Below are positions 26,655-42,860 of a stretch of DNA of 64,000 nucleotides, one piece after another; positions within the stretch are counted from its first letter, which is position 1; every line of letters starts with the position of its first letter. Where the stretch lies: NCBI GenBank assembly GCA_013239625.1, contig MU053810.1:1437518-1501517 (forward strand), in the 5' to 3' direction. The stretch comes from Lama guanicoe (lineage: Eukaryota). Under the pieces are notes generated by a model, which was not told the origin of the DNA, did not search any database, and saw only the letters and a list, made by a program, of their open reading frames with translations. The position numbers were made by a program, and so were the translations under genes.

Positions 26655-28604
26655 AATAGCAAAAAATACTCCCAAACCATTTGAAGAGGGCAGCATTACT
26701 CTGATACAAAGCCAGATAAGGATACTACAAAAAAGAAAACTACAGACCAATAGCCCAGATGAATATGGTTGCAAAATATACTCAATAAAATATTAGCAAA
26801 TAGAATTCAACAGATTTCAATGATCACACACCATGATCAAGGGAGGCTTATCCCTGGAATGCAAGGATGCTTCATATGCAAATCAACCAGTGCAATACAC
26901 TATATGAACAGAATGGAAGAAAAACCATATGATTATCTAAATGACCTTAAGACAACCACTTAGATTGTTTTAAAATCCTAAAATTCATATGAAACCACAA
27001 AAGACTTCAGATAATCAAAGCAATTTCTTCTTAAGCAGGAAGCATCACACTTAATGATATCAAACTATATTACAAAGCTATAATAATCAAAATGTATACT
27101 ACTGGCATAACAACACATAGACCAATGGGATGGCATCAAGAGCCCAGAAATAAAGCTTATCATACACAGCCAACTAATATTTGAAAAGAGATCCTGGAGT
27201 GCTCAATGGGGAAAGGATTTTCTCTTCAAAAAAAATGTTGGAAAAACTGATATTCACATTCAAAAGGTTGAAATTGGACAACTGTCTTATACTACTCATG
27301 AAAATTAACTTGAAATGAATTAAGGACTTACATGTAACACCTGAAACCATAAGATTCCTGGGTAATACAAGGGAAAGCTTCTTGACTTTGATATTGGCAA
27401 TGATTTTTTTGGATTTGACACCAAAAGCACAAGCCACAAAAGCAAAGATAGAAAAGTTAGGCTACAGACTAAAAGGCATCTGCACAGCAAAGATAACAGT
27501 CAAAAAACTGAAAGGGCAACCTATGGAATGGAGATGATATCTGCAAGCCATGTATTAATATCCAAAGGATATAAAGGGACTTAAAGAACTTATTAGCAAA
27601 GAACCAAATAATTCAATTTTTAAATGGCCAAAGGACTTGAAAAGACATTTTTTAAAGACATAAAAATGGTCAACAGGTACATGATATAGTGCTTAACATC
27701 ACTAATCATCAGAGGAGGAATGGAAACCGCAAGATAGCACCTCCAACCTGTTAGAATGACTTATCAAAAAGGCTAGTGATAAATGATGGTGAGGACGTGG
27801 AATAAAGGGAACACTTGTGCACTGTTGGTGGGAAGTGCACTGTTGGTGGGAATGTAAATTGGTTCAGCCACTATGGAAACTGTACGAAGATTCCTCAAAA
27901 AGTTAAATAGAGCTGTCCTATGATCTAGCAATTCCACTTCTGGATACTTATCGAAAGGAAATAAAATCACTGTCTCCAAGAGTTATCTGCACCCCCATGT
28001 TCACTGCAGAAATATTCACAATAGCTAAGACATGGAAACAATCTAAATATCCATCAATGGGAGAATTGATTATTGATTAGAAAATATGTATCATATAATG
28101 GAAAGTTATTCCACTATAAAAATGCGAATCCTACAGTTTTTCAACAGCATAAATGAAGCTTGAAGGTATTATGCTAAGTAAAATAAATCAGAAAGAAATA
28201 CTGAATGAGCCCGTTTATGTGGAAACTAAAAAGTTGAATTCATAGAAACTGATAATAGATCAGTTGTTGTCCAGGTCTGAGGGGTGGGGATAGGAGATGT
28301 AGGTCATTGAGTACAAATTTCAAGTTGTTAAAAGAATAAATTCTGGGGATGTCATGTACAGCATAGTGACTCAAGCTAACAATACTGTATTATATATTGA
28401 AAGTTGCTAATAGCGTAGATCTTAAATATTCCCACCTTAACAACATATTCCCACCGTAACAGCAAAGTGATAATTGAGGTGAAGAATGGATTAACCAATC
28501 TTATTGTGGTAAACATTTCTTAGTATATACTTGATTCAAATCACATTGCGCACCTTAAACTTACAGCGTTATGTGTCAACTGTATCTCAGCACAGCTGCG
28601 AAAA
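25880..28604 (+). mobile_element. 5'-truncated L1 (L1MA9-like) ORF2 + 3' UTR nested in an older L1
   Basis: ORF2 peptides such as [12 protein letters not shown] and [13 protein letters not shown]. 3' UTR ends GTCAACTGTATCTCAGCACAGCTGCGAAAAA. Confidence 0.85.
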
Positions 28605-29830
28605 AGAAATGTCTAAAGTCAGTAACTTAAGTTTCCACCTTAAAAAAAAAAAACTAGGAGAAAGCAAGCTAAATCCTAGTCAAGCAGAACCAGAATGAAG
28701 TAAATTATAAAGATTAGAGGGAAATGCAACAGAGAATTGAAAAATAGACAAAAACAAAAAAGTTGATTTTTTGAATGATCAAAATTGACAGACCTTTAGC
28801 TCAACTGACCAAGAATTAAATAGAAGACTCTAGTTAACTAGTATCAAAAACGAAAGAAGTAGTCATTACTACCAAACTTACAGAAATAAACAAGTTTGGG
28901 GGACATTACAAATAATTCTATATCAACAAATTAGGTAACAAATGGACACATGTTTAGAAAGATACAAAATACCAAAACAGACTCAAAAATAAAAATCTGA
29001 AAAGTCTAGTAAAAAATGAAAACACTTATTAGTAACCAAAACAACTTTTCACAAAAAAAACTGATTAGTAATCAAAATGACATTCCACAAAGGATAACCG
29101 AGATCCAAGTGGCTTCATTGGCAATTTGACCAAGTTTTTAAAGAATACCAATTCTTCCAACTATTCCAAAAAAAATAGAAGAGGGAATACATCCTAACTT
29201 ATGAAGCTAGTTTTATCCTGATACCAAAATTAGACAAAAGCATCACAAGAAATACAGACCAGTATCTCTTAGCAATATGGCTTCTATACTCAAAAAATAC
29301 TAGAAAATTGAATCCAGAGGCTTAGTAAAAGGACTATATCCCATTACCAAGTGGAATTTATATCATGTTATCAATATAACACTATACCAATAGCATAAAG
29401 GGAACACATGCATAACCATATTGGTAGATGTAGAAAAGGAATTTGACAAAATCCAAGTCATGATAAAAAGACACTCAAAGCAGGAGGAGATGTTCAACCT
29501 GATAAAGGGCATCAGTGGTAAACCCACGGCTAACACACTTAATGATGAGAGAACTAAAGCTTTCCCTCCGAGATCAAGAACAAGACAAGACATCCACTCT
29601 CAGCACTTCTACTCAATATTGGTACTGGAGGTTCTAGCCCGAGTAATCAGGCAAAAAAAGGCAGTCCTATTGGAAAGAAAGATGTTGAACTATATTTGCA
29701 GATGACATCTGACATATAGAAAACTACGCAATCCACATGTATTAAGAAATGATTAGAACTAATAAGTGAGTTCAGCAAGGTTGCCGAATACATGGCCAAT
29801 AAGCAGCCATTTGTATTTCTCTATACTAGT

Positions 29831-30224
29831 TGTTACTGGCTGAACTGGACCTCCCACTTCCCCTAAATTCATATGCTGAAGTCCTAATACGTAGTACCTT
29901 AGAATATGACTGTATATGGAGATAAGTTCTTCAAAGAGAATGCTCTATTAAAATGGAGCTGTTAGTGTGGGCCCTAATCCAATCTGACCAGTGTCCTTAT
30001 AAGAGGAAATTTGGACATAGACTTCGGGATGCACTTAGGGCCAAGGTTATGTGAGGACACGTAGAAAAGGGAGGTATCTGCAAACCAACGAGAGAGGCCT
30101 CAGAATAAACCACACCTGCTGACACTTTGATCTTGGACTTTGCCTCCCAAACTGAGAAACTGTATGTTGTTCAAGTCACCCAAGTGTGTGGTATTGTTTT
30201 GGTAGCCATAGCAAACCTAATACG
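29831..30224 (+). mobile_element. MLT1A/B-type MaLR solo LTR with 5-bp TSD
   Basis: Starts TGTTA, contains GGGCCCTAATCCAATCTGACCAGTGTCCTTATAAGAGG and ends CTAATACG. Flanks are CTAGT (29826-29830) and CTAGC (30225-30229). Confidence 0.88.
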
Positions 30225-31419
30225 CTAGCCATAAACAATTCAGAAATGAAATTAATTCCATTCATAATAGCATCAAAAAGAACACTTAGGAATAAATATA
30301 ACAAAAAATACAAAGCTAATACAGTGCAAACTACAAAACAGTTTTTGAAAGAAATTAAAGACTTAGATAAATGGAAAGACATTCCATATAAATGGATTGC
30401 AAAATTTCTCACTGTTAAGATGGCAAAGTCTAAATTAATCTACAGAGTAAATTTAATCTGTCAAAATTCCAACTACTATTTTTGTACAGTAACTGAAATA
30501 GCTTGGTACTAGCACTAGGATACACATATAGATCAGTGGGATAGAACCAAGAGTCCAAATATAACCCATACATCTATGGCCAATTGATTTTCAACAATGA
30601 TGCCAAGTTCATTCCATGAAAAACAATTTTGTCAACAATGGCTGAGACAGTTGCATATCCACATACAAAAGAATAACTTTGGTCCCCTTCCTCACACCGA
30701 ATACAAGTATTTAAACAGACAAAATGAATTAGAAACCTAAAAATGTAAGAGCTGTAACTATAAATCTCTTAGAAGAAAATAGGGTATATGTAAGTCTTTA
30801 TGACCTTGAAATTAGGAAGGTGTTTCCTGTGTATGGTATCTAAAGTAGAAACAATGAAATAAATATATAAATTGGGTTTAATCAGAATTTTTAAAAATTG
30901 CACATAAAAGGATGCTGTCAAGAAAGTGAAAAGACAGTCCAAAGAATTGGAGAAAATGTTTGTAATTAATTTATCTGTCAAGAGCTTAGTGTCCAGAATA
31001 AATGAAGAACACTTACATCTCAGCAAAAAAAAAAAAAGTGCAATTAAAAGGGGGCAAAGGGTTTAGATAGATAGTTATCCAAAGAAGACAGACAAATGCT
31101 CAGTAAGCACATGAAAAGATGTTCAGTATCAATAATCAGAAGGGCAATGTAAATCAAAACCACAATGTGATACCAGTCACACCAACCAGGATGGCTGTAA
31201 TTTAAAAAAAAAAATGGGGAATAACAAAGTGTCCATAAAGATAAGAAATTGGGACCCTCATACATTGTTGAAAATGTAAAAAGGTGTAGCCACTTGTGGA
31301 AAACAGTCTGTCATTTCCTCACAAAGTTAAATAGTCACCATAGTGTCCATATATCCACATATATTGTACAGATTGTACATGCCATTCATAGCATCATTAT
31401 CCATAATGGCTCCAAAGTG

Positions 31420-31732
31420 GGAACAACTCAAATGTCCATCAGCTGCTAAATATATAAAATGTAGTATATCCATTCAATGGAATATTATTTGGCAAGGAAA
31501 AGGAATACAGTAGTAATATATGCTATAGCATGGATGAACCTTGAAAAAAGGAACAACTCAAATGTCCATCAGCTGCTAAATATATAAAATATAAAATAAA
31601 TATATAAAATAAATATATAAAATATATAAAATAAATATATAAAATATAGTATATCCATTCAATGGAATATTATTTGGCAAGAAAAAGGAATACAGTAGTA
31701 ATATATGCTATAGCATGGATGAACCTTGAAAA
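31420..31732. repeat. ~130 bp near-perfect tandem duplication with AT-rich minisatellite expansion in copy 2
   Basis: GGAACAACTCAAATGTCCATCAGCTGC...GGATGAACCTTGAAAA occurs at ~31420-31547 and ~31550-31732. Confidence 0.92.
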
Positions 31733-32552
31733 CATTATGGGAAATGAAAGAAGTCAGACCCAGAAAGTTATATATTGTATGATTCTGTTCATATGAGGTG
31801 TCCAGGATAGGCAAATCCACAGAGACAGAAAGTTGCCAGAGGCTGGGGGGCGGGGGAGTGACTGCTAATGGGTATGAGGTTTTTTGGGGTGATGAAAATA
31901 GTTCTGAAATTAGAAGGTAGTTTTGGTTTCAAAACCTTTGGGTATACTAAAATCCACTGAATTGTACACTTTAAGCAAGCGTGCCTTAAGCTATATATGT
32001 CAATAAAAAATTCATAGAGTGAACATGAAAAAGAGGAAATTTACAGGAAAGAAAAACAAGACGAATGCAAGGAGAGAAAAGGGAGCGCAGAAGAAGCCCT
32101 CAGGGCTGAGTATCAGTCCCGTGGTCCCGTGGAGCCGAGCACTCCAGCACTTAACACGAGCCCGTGATCTGTGCTGGGAGGGACAGCCTCCACCGGGGGC
32201 TCTGCAAAAGCACTTCGGCTGCGTCTGACACTTAGGAAACACATTTCCTAGGGTTCAGACATTTTTATCATTTCAGAAAAACCTGGGCTGACAACAATGT
32301 CCACAACAATCAGCATTTTCAGAACTTTTCTGCCTGCTCCATATTAGGCATTTTGCAGCATACTCCTTAACATTTGTTTCGTTTATTAATTCACTAAGTG
32401 CTTGCTGAGCACTTGCCCATTTTCCTTTTTAGCAAAATGCAGGCATTGAATTTATCTCTCAGTATAATTGAGGAATAAGGTCTGTGTTTCTAGTATGCAT
32501 TGTTGCTACGTGATGAGAAATGTCAGATAATGCCCTTGTCCTTTTTAGGAGT

Positions 32553-34278
32553 TGCTGGGCTGCACCTTGCAGGTCTGCGAGCCTTGTAGTTGCTCAGCCC
32601 CAAGACTGAAGAGAAAGCCTGGAGACTGCAACAGAGACATTAATGATACTGGATAGGGGATCTCTCATGCTTGAAACAAAGGGTCCGGGGGTGACGGCCC
32701 ACGGCGTACAACAGACAGGACCCAGCAGCCATCTTCACTACGCAGGGCAGGCCGGGGCTACCATTTACAGGGGGAAATGACATCAGACTTGTTCATCAGT
32801 TACCAGGGAAATCAGCAGCGGGGGCCACATCTGTTATAGCTCCTTAGGTTAATAAGCATCACGAGGGCATCACTTGAATGTACTTCAGGTGGAGCCATTC
32901 TGGCCTAAGGATTAAAACTACTCATAGCTGGAGCAGCCAATAGGCATGTTCACATGAATAGGGTTTAGGTAAAGCAGGGACTGGTCAAGCAGGGGATGCA
33001 CAGAAAGCAAGAGAACAGCCACGCTGAGTGGCCTGACCAGACACTCCACCCCTGCTTACTCAGTACGACCCTTACAGTCTTGGCCCGCCCCTCTCCTGAG
33101 ATACCCCTGGGGTCAGGTGTGTAGAGGTCTACTGCAACTTGACACCACAAATGCGATACAGAGCCCACGAGGCGGGCAGGCTTCAGAGCCAGGGACTTAC
33201 GGGGTCAGCTTTTCATGGAAACCCACAGGAGGACGACAACGGCAGCTCGCTGTGGACCCGGTGATGCCACTGTTGTTGCTCAGGCCACTAAGAGATTCCC
33301 TCTGTGCAGATGAACAGTGAAATGTAAGGTACTGAACAGGCACAATATAGGGAAGATCACGACCTTTAAGCAAAACATGCAAAGGCAGTAATGGCTTTCT
33401 GAGATCACACCACCCCTCCCTGCGGTTGTTTTTGTCCTGGCCTGCGGCACCATGCCCCTGTCCACCCTCATTCCCCACAGCTGGTGTCGCATACTGGCGA
33501 GGCAGCAGGGCAGACCACAGGTTAATAGAATGCTGCCTTTCTCTAGTAGGGGCTTGGGTTAATTACCTTAGTAGTCTTAGGTGGGGCTGGGTAGGAGAGA
33601 GGCGAAGTCTGTAAGTCCCTTTCTAATCCTGTTCCCCACAGGGTGGCAAAGCCAGACTATGGAGGACTTATGTGCCAGTCCCAGGGCCATTGTGTAGTAT
33701 GTTTCTCTGGGTAGAGGAACTCGGATGGTGTTGACTAGTTGCCTCTGGGTTAACATGGCACAGTGGGATGATTGCTTCTGGGATGTTCAGTGATAGTACA
33801 TGGGGCTTGACTTAGCCTCCTGGTCCACAAGTTGAGAGAGTAATTTATGTAGTCCAGTTGATGATATTGGATAGGGGATCTCACACGTCAGAAACAAAGG
33901 GTCCTAGTGTGACGGCCCACCTCGTACCGCAGACAGGACACAGCAGCCATGTTCACTACTGGTGGAGGAGGAGGCTACTATTTATAGGAGGAAATGCTGT
34001 CAGGTTGGTTCACCAGTTACCAGGGAAACCAGGAGCTGGGGTCTGTCCCTTATAGCCCCTCAGGTTAACTACCATCATGAGGGCAGAGGCTTCCCTCTAA
34101 TAAACTAGCAGGTGGAGCTATTAGAATCTAATAGCTCTACTCTAAGAATTAAAACAATCACTAGCTGGGGCGGGAGCAAGCATGTTCGTGAGAGTAGGGT
34201 GTAGGTGCAGCAGGGACTGGTTGGACGGGGATGTACAAAGAGCAAGAGAACAGCCATGCTGAGTGACCAGATCATACG
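32553..34278 (-). mobile_element. Internally deleted ERVL-like provirus: 3' LTR 32553-33043, internal remnant ~33044-33860, truncated 5' LTR ~33860-34278
   Basis: Two direct repeats share GGATAGGGGATCTC...GAAACAAAGGGTCC...CAGCAGCCAT...GCAAGAGAACAGCCA. Perfect TSD GGAGT at 32548-32552 and 34279-34283. Minus-strand PPT AGGGGTGGAG lies directly before the LTR start TGTCTGGTCA. Confidence 0.88.
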
Positions 34279-36429
34279 GGAGTGTACAATTCCATTTTAA
34301 TAATTTGTTTTCTACTATATATTTTGAGTTGCACATTTTTTGTATTTTGCTATTTACTGGTCAGAAAAACTTTAGCTTATTAAGATTTAGAAAGAAGACA
34401 GTATAAACATGTATGCCATTTTAATGCAATGTATTATTTCATTATGAATGAGCCAAATCTAATTATACATTAATTTCATCTAAACAGTAAATGTAGTATT
34501 GATATGAGGCTAAAAGGCATTAAGTATCTTGCATGCTAAATGTTCCTATTTGAAAAACAAGTGATGTTAACTGTTAGGTGGGTTTTTAAAAAATGCTTAT
34601 TTCATTCAAGACACTCTATTTATAAAATTTTTACTCAAGATTATAAAAGAGCAGAAAGCTAAAGTATCCATCAACAGTATAATGAAATCTCGGTTGACTC
34701 TGAGAGCAGAAGTCAGCCAAGATGAGCAAATGAGTCTCGTAATTGCGTACCAGAGGTCAAAAAATTAGCCCTATCAAATGAGGAGGGAGAGGAAATGCCA
34801 TAGACCTAGAGAAAAAGGTCATGATATTAGTTTAGGACTGCATTAAAGCAACCCACTAGGGGCAATTTCCCTTTATCTGACAGCAATTGTAGAAAGTTTT
34901 AACAAATCCTATTTAAATGGATAAAAACCGCTTCCTGAAATAATAATAAAAAAAAGATTACAATAAATACTAAGTACCCCCCAGCCTATATTACATCTCA
35001 GTTTCTTCCAAGTGAGCATAATGTTTTCTTGAGTATCCTGTTCGCCAACTTTCATTGCAGGACAGGTCCTTGGAAACACAGCAGTGATGGAATTGGAAGT
35101 GGGATGAGTTGGGTAATTGTAATTACCTTTACGTAGATAGTATTGCACTCAGATTGTGTAACAGTGGCTCTGAACGTCGGCGTAAATAAAGGGTTGCAAA
35201 CAGGTTTGAAAGCTGCACAGACACTAGCTCAGGTGCTAATGTCTGCCCAAACTTACCTGTTGGTAAGAATGATCCTGACATAGTCTTAAGATCTTAAAGG
35301 AGAGTGTTCAGTGAAGTCCAGATCTTTGTCATGCACAAAGAACTCAAGTGCTGCTCCTTTGTGATTCCAATCATGCCTGATGATTTAGTGCCTAGAACTA
35401 AGTAAGAAAGAGCAGCATTGTAATAAACCTGGGCTTTGGTACACTGCCTTAAATGCCAACCAATACTTCCTTGTAAAAGATTACCTTTCCTCTATATTAT
35501 AGCGAGTAACAAATAACTAAAGTGCATGTAGGATGGTATGTTCAGAGTGAAATGGAAAGCTTATTACTCACATAATCCTGGCTAATTAGAAGTAGTGGAC
35601 TTTGGGGCCTAAATGATCTGAGTGTGCCATATGTATTTCACCACAGAATAGCCTACTTCAGTTGCACAGAGAGAAATCAAGAAGTGTCTGTGGAAGAAGT
35701 TGCATCTTCCATCCGACTTGAGACAAGGGCTGTTAGGAGTGAGGTTTGTTTTTATTTACTGTAGTTATAAGAACTGAATTGCTGTTTTGTTTCATTTTTT
35801 TCCCCCTCACTGGCTTACTTTTAGCTAACCCCTCAAGGATGATAGGCAGACTCTGCTTTCCAACTTGATATTAAATAGATAAGTATTCCAGGTGCTTGCT
35901 CAACTTCGGATATACTGTTACATACAACTTAAAAACTCTTAGTTGAACAGAAGTAAAAATCCAGGTTTTCTAAGTTGAGGAAGAAGACATCAACTGGTTG
36001 GGAGAAAGCTCAGGAAAGAGCAAACAACATGAAAACTGTGTGTGCGTGACATATGTATACATAAAAAAATGTAATATTATACATATTCCAAAATAAATAG
36101 CAAATTGAATATTGGATTGAGGAAAATATGTTACTCTTCCCGTTTCTTTTCTCCTCACCAGCTAAGTACTATGAGAGAGGCATTCTTTTGGAATCAAATT
36201 AGCAGAGTAGTTTGATTATTTGGGTCCACTTCCAGTGGATATTGAGACAAAATTAAGGTGGTTATTCAGGGCATCCATAAAATTTTTGGAGCATGGAAAA
36301 GAGTGGACCAGAATAGACTAACAGGATCTTTTGCACTTAGGGCACTGAAGCAAGTTCTCCAGTTGATGTATGACAGCCTTTCTCCTCTTCCTTCCCTCTC
36401 TTCTCCTAACTTATTAAGAAACATAAAGC

Positions 36430-36640
36430 CATTTACTTGTGCCAGGATCTGGTCTCAATTCTTTAATTATACACTAGTAACTCATTTAATCCAATACAGC
36501 AACCTTATAAGGGCATAACCAGTTCTACCCACTTGATGGGGAATTCAGGCACGTAAGGAAATTGCTCAGTCACACAGCTATTTAGTAGGGGGTGGAATTT
36601 CAGCCCAGTCTGGTTCTAGAATTTGTACTGTCAGCCAATA
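36430..36640 (-). mobile_element. MIR SINE
   Basis: AACTCATTTAATCC...CAGCAACCTTATAAGG...GTCACACAGCTA...CAGCCCAGTCTGGTTCTAGA. Confidence 0.65.
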
Positions 36641-36839
36641 TGCTTTCCTTCCTTTCTTTGTATTTAGCCCTTTACAAAGAGGTTCACTGTGTAAAATAAG
36701 GTGTAAACTATTAAGAGGGCTGGAAAGGGTTAACGCTGAAGCACTTCCGCAAGCTGAAAAAACAAAAACAAACCGGCTAGGGAAAAGCCCGTAAAAGCCC
36801 CCATCGGAAAAACCTGTGGGCCTCCTGTTTCTTTAAACT

Positions 36840-39440
<2,601 letters not shown>

Positions 39441-42399
39441 TTTCTGCCCCTCAGTGAGAAATGTACAGACTTTGAGAAGTGGATGAGCAAAAGCAGTTGC
39501 AGGGAAACGAAAAAGGAAATAAAAGCTTGCTGATTAGGATAGTCAGGTTTTGTTTGGTTGGGCTTTAATTCTGAGGAGGGGAAATTGTGATTCCTGATAA
39601 AGTACACCGGCGTCCGCAAATGTCAAACATGGAAGTCACAGATGGAAGGTTAGGGAGAGCACCTGGGGATTTCAGGTGAGGTGAAGCTTGAAGAAGCCCT
39701 TGAGTGAAATTTTCCCGAGCTGAGACAGCCAAAACACCGTGTCTGCCCCTGGTGTAAATTCTTACAGAGAAAGCAGAGAGGCTGACCCTGCACTCCGATT
39801 ATGATTGGAGATGTGTGTGTGTTGGGGGTAGGGGGTGAAACAAGATGACACCACTTTTAAAGCTGTGAAAACAATGCAGATTTCCTGGATGTTGATCTGT
39901 CTTTGTGGCATATAGTTGTTCTGCATAAATGGACATAAGTTGTTCTTGACCAGGTATTATTTATATCAATAGATCATACCTTCTGTTTATTTCTCTGATA
40001 CATTTGATTGGTAAAAGAAAAAAATATGACTTTTACTCGCCTGGGAAGCAGCATATTTATTTTTAAAAGTGCAACAGTAATTTTCATGGGCATATTCATT
40101 AAATAAATAAATGCTTAAAACAGTTTACTTCATCCCAAAGGAGGTTAGAGACCTGTGTGTCCCAAAATGCATCCCAAGTTGTTTATTTGTAAACTTCTTT
40201 GGCACTGAGAGTAAATAATGCATTTACAGTAAAAAAAAAATTGAAAAGTCAGCAAATGTGTATTTTTTCTGAACTTCTTATTCATTAAAATGTAACTGAG
40301 AAAAGAATAATATATACAATAAGTTTACTATCCTAAGTTCTCAAATTGAGATTAAAATTCATTCCATTCTAAAACTTGTCAGATAGTTAAAAGCCTTTGC
40401 TTTGAGAAATACAAAATACATAAATTGTTCAACATAAATCTACAGGTATTATAAACCAATATTTCTGGTGGAAACTAAACTTCTTGGCATATTTTTTGAG
40501 ATTTATTACAAACTGAAGTAGCTTCTTTCCTGGGTATCAGTCTGCATTAGTTTTATGAAATAATCTTGGACACTGAATACATAAAATATAACAATGAAAT
40601 GGAAGAAAAAATAGCTTCCTTTGTAAAATAGTCTAGCTAAAAGTGCAATATGGGAAATTTTTAAAAAGTCCAGCAGCCTTGGAATTAGGCATGTAAAATT
40701 CAGGATTTTTTGTAACAGACATTTTTGCAGGGGTGAGGGGTTGCGGGGGCGGGGAGTCTGATTTCATAACAGACATAGAAATGCTGCAGTTGACCTTGTC
40801 GCCACCAGAGGTCAGAGAAACTGCTAATTTCCTTCCCATTCTTTCCCAAATCTCAGATTAATGATCCTCAGTATTTTGTTTTTCCTATGTGCAATATTTT
40901 TTGATATTTCAACTTACCATTTGTAAATGACTGGCAGCTTAAAGCAATGAGAGTTTATTTATTTCTCACTTTCATTGAAATTAATTAAATATTTATTCAT
41001 TTAACATTTTATATAGCACCTCCTACCTGTAAAGATCTATACTTTGAGTACATTCTTGTGGTGTAATAAAGTACAGTGGAAAAACCCAAATACTCCTTTC
41101 TGCATCATTGTTGGCGATTATTGTGGGCATTCCCAAGAATGTAATTTTAAAATATCTCTCCTATGATTGAAAGTTCATTATTATATAATCAATTTATTTG
41201 GGGTTTGAATATACTCTATGTGTTTCTGAAAAGTATTTGCTTGTACTAAGTAGAATATCTCAACCAATATTTAGAGAAAAATAAGCTTAGAATAATGTTA
41301 AATTTTATAAGTCTCAATTTATCTCTGTATTGGTATATATTCATCCTTATATCCTAAATTGATTGAAAAACAGTTCAGCAACAGTGTTAAAGCAGAAAGA
41401 TACATTAACACCTTGAAGGGTCTAAAATTTAAATCAGGAAAAAAGACATAATAATACGTAGTTATATTTTGGCCTGATTATTGCTCTTAAATGTGATTGA
41501 ATGCAACGAGAAGTTCATTACCACTATAGAGAGAGCAAAAATAGTTTAGGACCTCAGGGAATTTTCACTTTTTAAACTTGCTATGACTGCTGTGTTCTAG
41601 AGAAAAGTAGTTTATTTTTGAGCAGATCATTTACATTTACTTTAGTTATTTCTCTAGTTGGGTATTTTCCTATTTTCTGCTTTCATTGGAGTTGAAAGAC
41701 TTAGTTGGAAATATTACTAAATTGTCGAGTTTGCTATGAGAGTATCCCTGTTGAGATATACTGTCACTATTATAAATTTTGTAATTATTTCCAGACATAA
41801 CTTGGAGCAAAAGATAACAGAAGGTTAATGCAAGTGAATAGTCTCTATAAAATGGACATGGGTCAGATTATTGGACAAACGATGTTATTTTTTATCAATG
41901 ACTCTTGACTGCATGTTAACTTTTCAAAATATGAAAGCTGACAGTCTTTTTCCTTTAGAGGGTGCAGAGAAGTTGAAGCCTGATGTTGGGTAACTTTGGA
42001 CTGACATAAAAGTGATCTCGAACATTCATGTCAGAGAGAAAGTCTGAAGTTTGTGGATGTCTGCAGAGAGATTTGGAATTATATAATTCGGACAGTGTAC
42101 ATTTCTTATGTTTGATCTTCAGAAACAGGTTCTTACCAAGGAGAATGTGCTTGAATAAAACTTAGGAATAGAAGACACTGATTTGCTCCATACAGGTTTG
42201 TTCTCTGCAAGAATCAGAAACTTTCACACACATAGGTAGATACTGTGGATTCTTTTCAATTAATTTTTATCTCAGTTTTTTGTTGCCTAAAAGGTCTCTC
42301 CTGTGGTAGAAACAGCATATTTATAAAGATGAATGAATTGATCAACTCTGATCATGAGATCTGAAGTCTTGAGCCATTTTCCCCCCACATTAAATAGTC

Positions 42400-42860
42400 T
42401 CTTCATCTTGGCCTTCAACACCAGTACCGCCTGGCCTCTGCCTGCTCTCCCATCTCTCTCTCCTGTGTGTTTTAACTCTCTCACCAAATGAGGTTCCTTG
42501 ATGTTCCCAGGGTATGTACTACGTGGTACCACCTCCATGCCACTCCTCCTGCATCTCCATTCATCCATCTTCTACTTTTTCCTACAGGCTCATCTCCAGT
42601 AACACTGTCACAAATGGATGTGGTGTCTTAACCCTCAGAGAGCTCTAGGCCTTTTTTAAGGCACTTGTTTGACTCTGCTTGATTTTGTGGGAGGTTTATT
42701 TTTTTTTCCCCTTCTCATTTCTGCATCTTTTGCATATATGCTCTTAGACCGTATCACATAATTGTGAGGTCAGGCTCTGTTGTCATTCACTTCTGAACCC
42801 CCTGTGGCATCTACCACCCATGCACGCAATACATGGTCGTCAAGTTGACTGAACCGACGG
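42400..42860 (+). mobile_element. L2 fragment
   Basis: Pyrimidine-rich L2-like body ending TGTGAGGTCAGG...ATACATGGTCGTCAAGTTGACTGAA. Confidence 0.5.

Larger units (their letters stand above)
28605..32010 (+). mobile_element. L1MB-like ORF2 + 3' UTR, interrupted by an MLT1 LTR
   Basis: Peptides DVEKEFDKIQ, KAFPPRSRTRQ, VLEVLARVIRQ and EIKDLDKWKDIP. FADD-like TTTGCAGATGAC near 29695. Ends TATATGTCAATAAAAAA. Confidence 0.88.
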
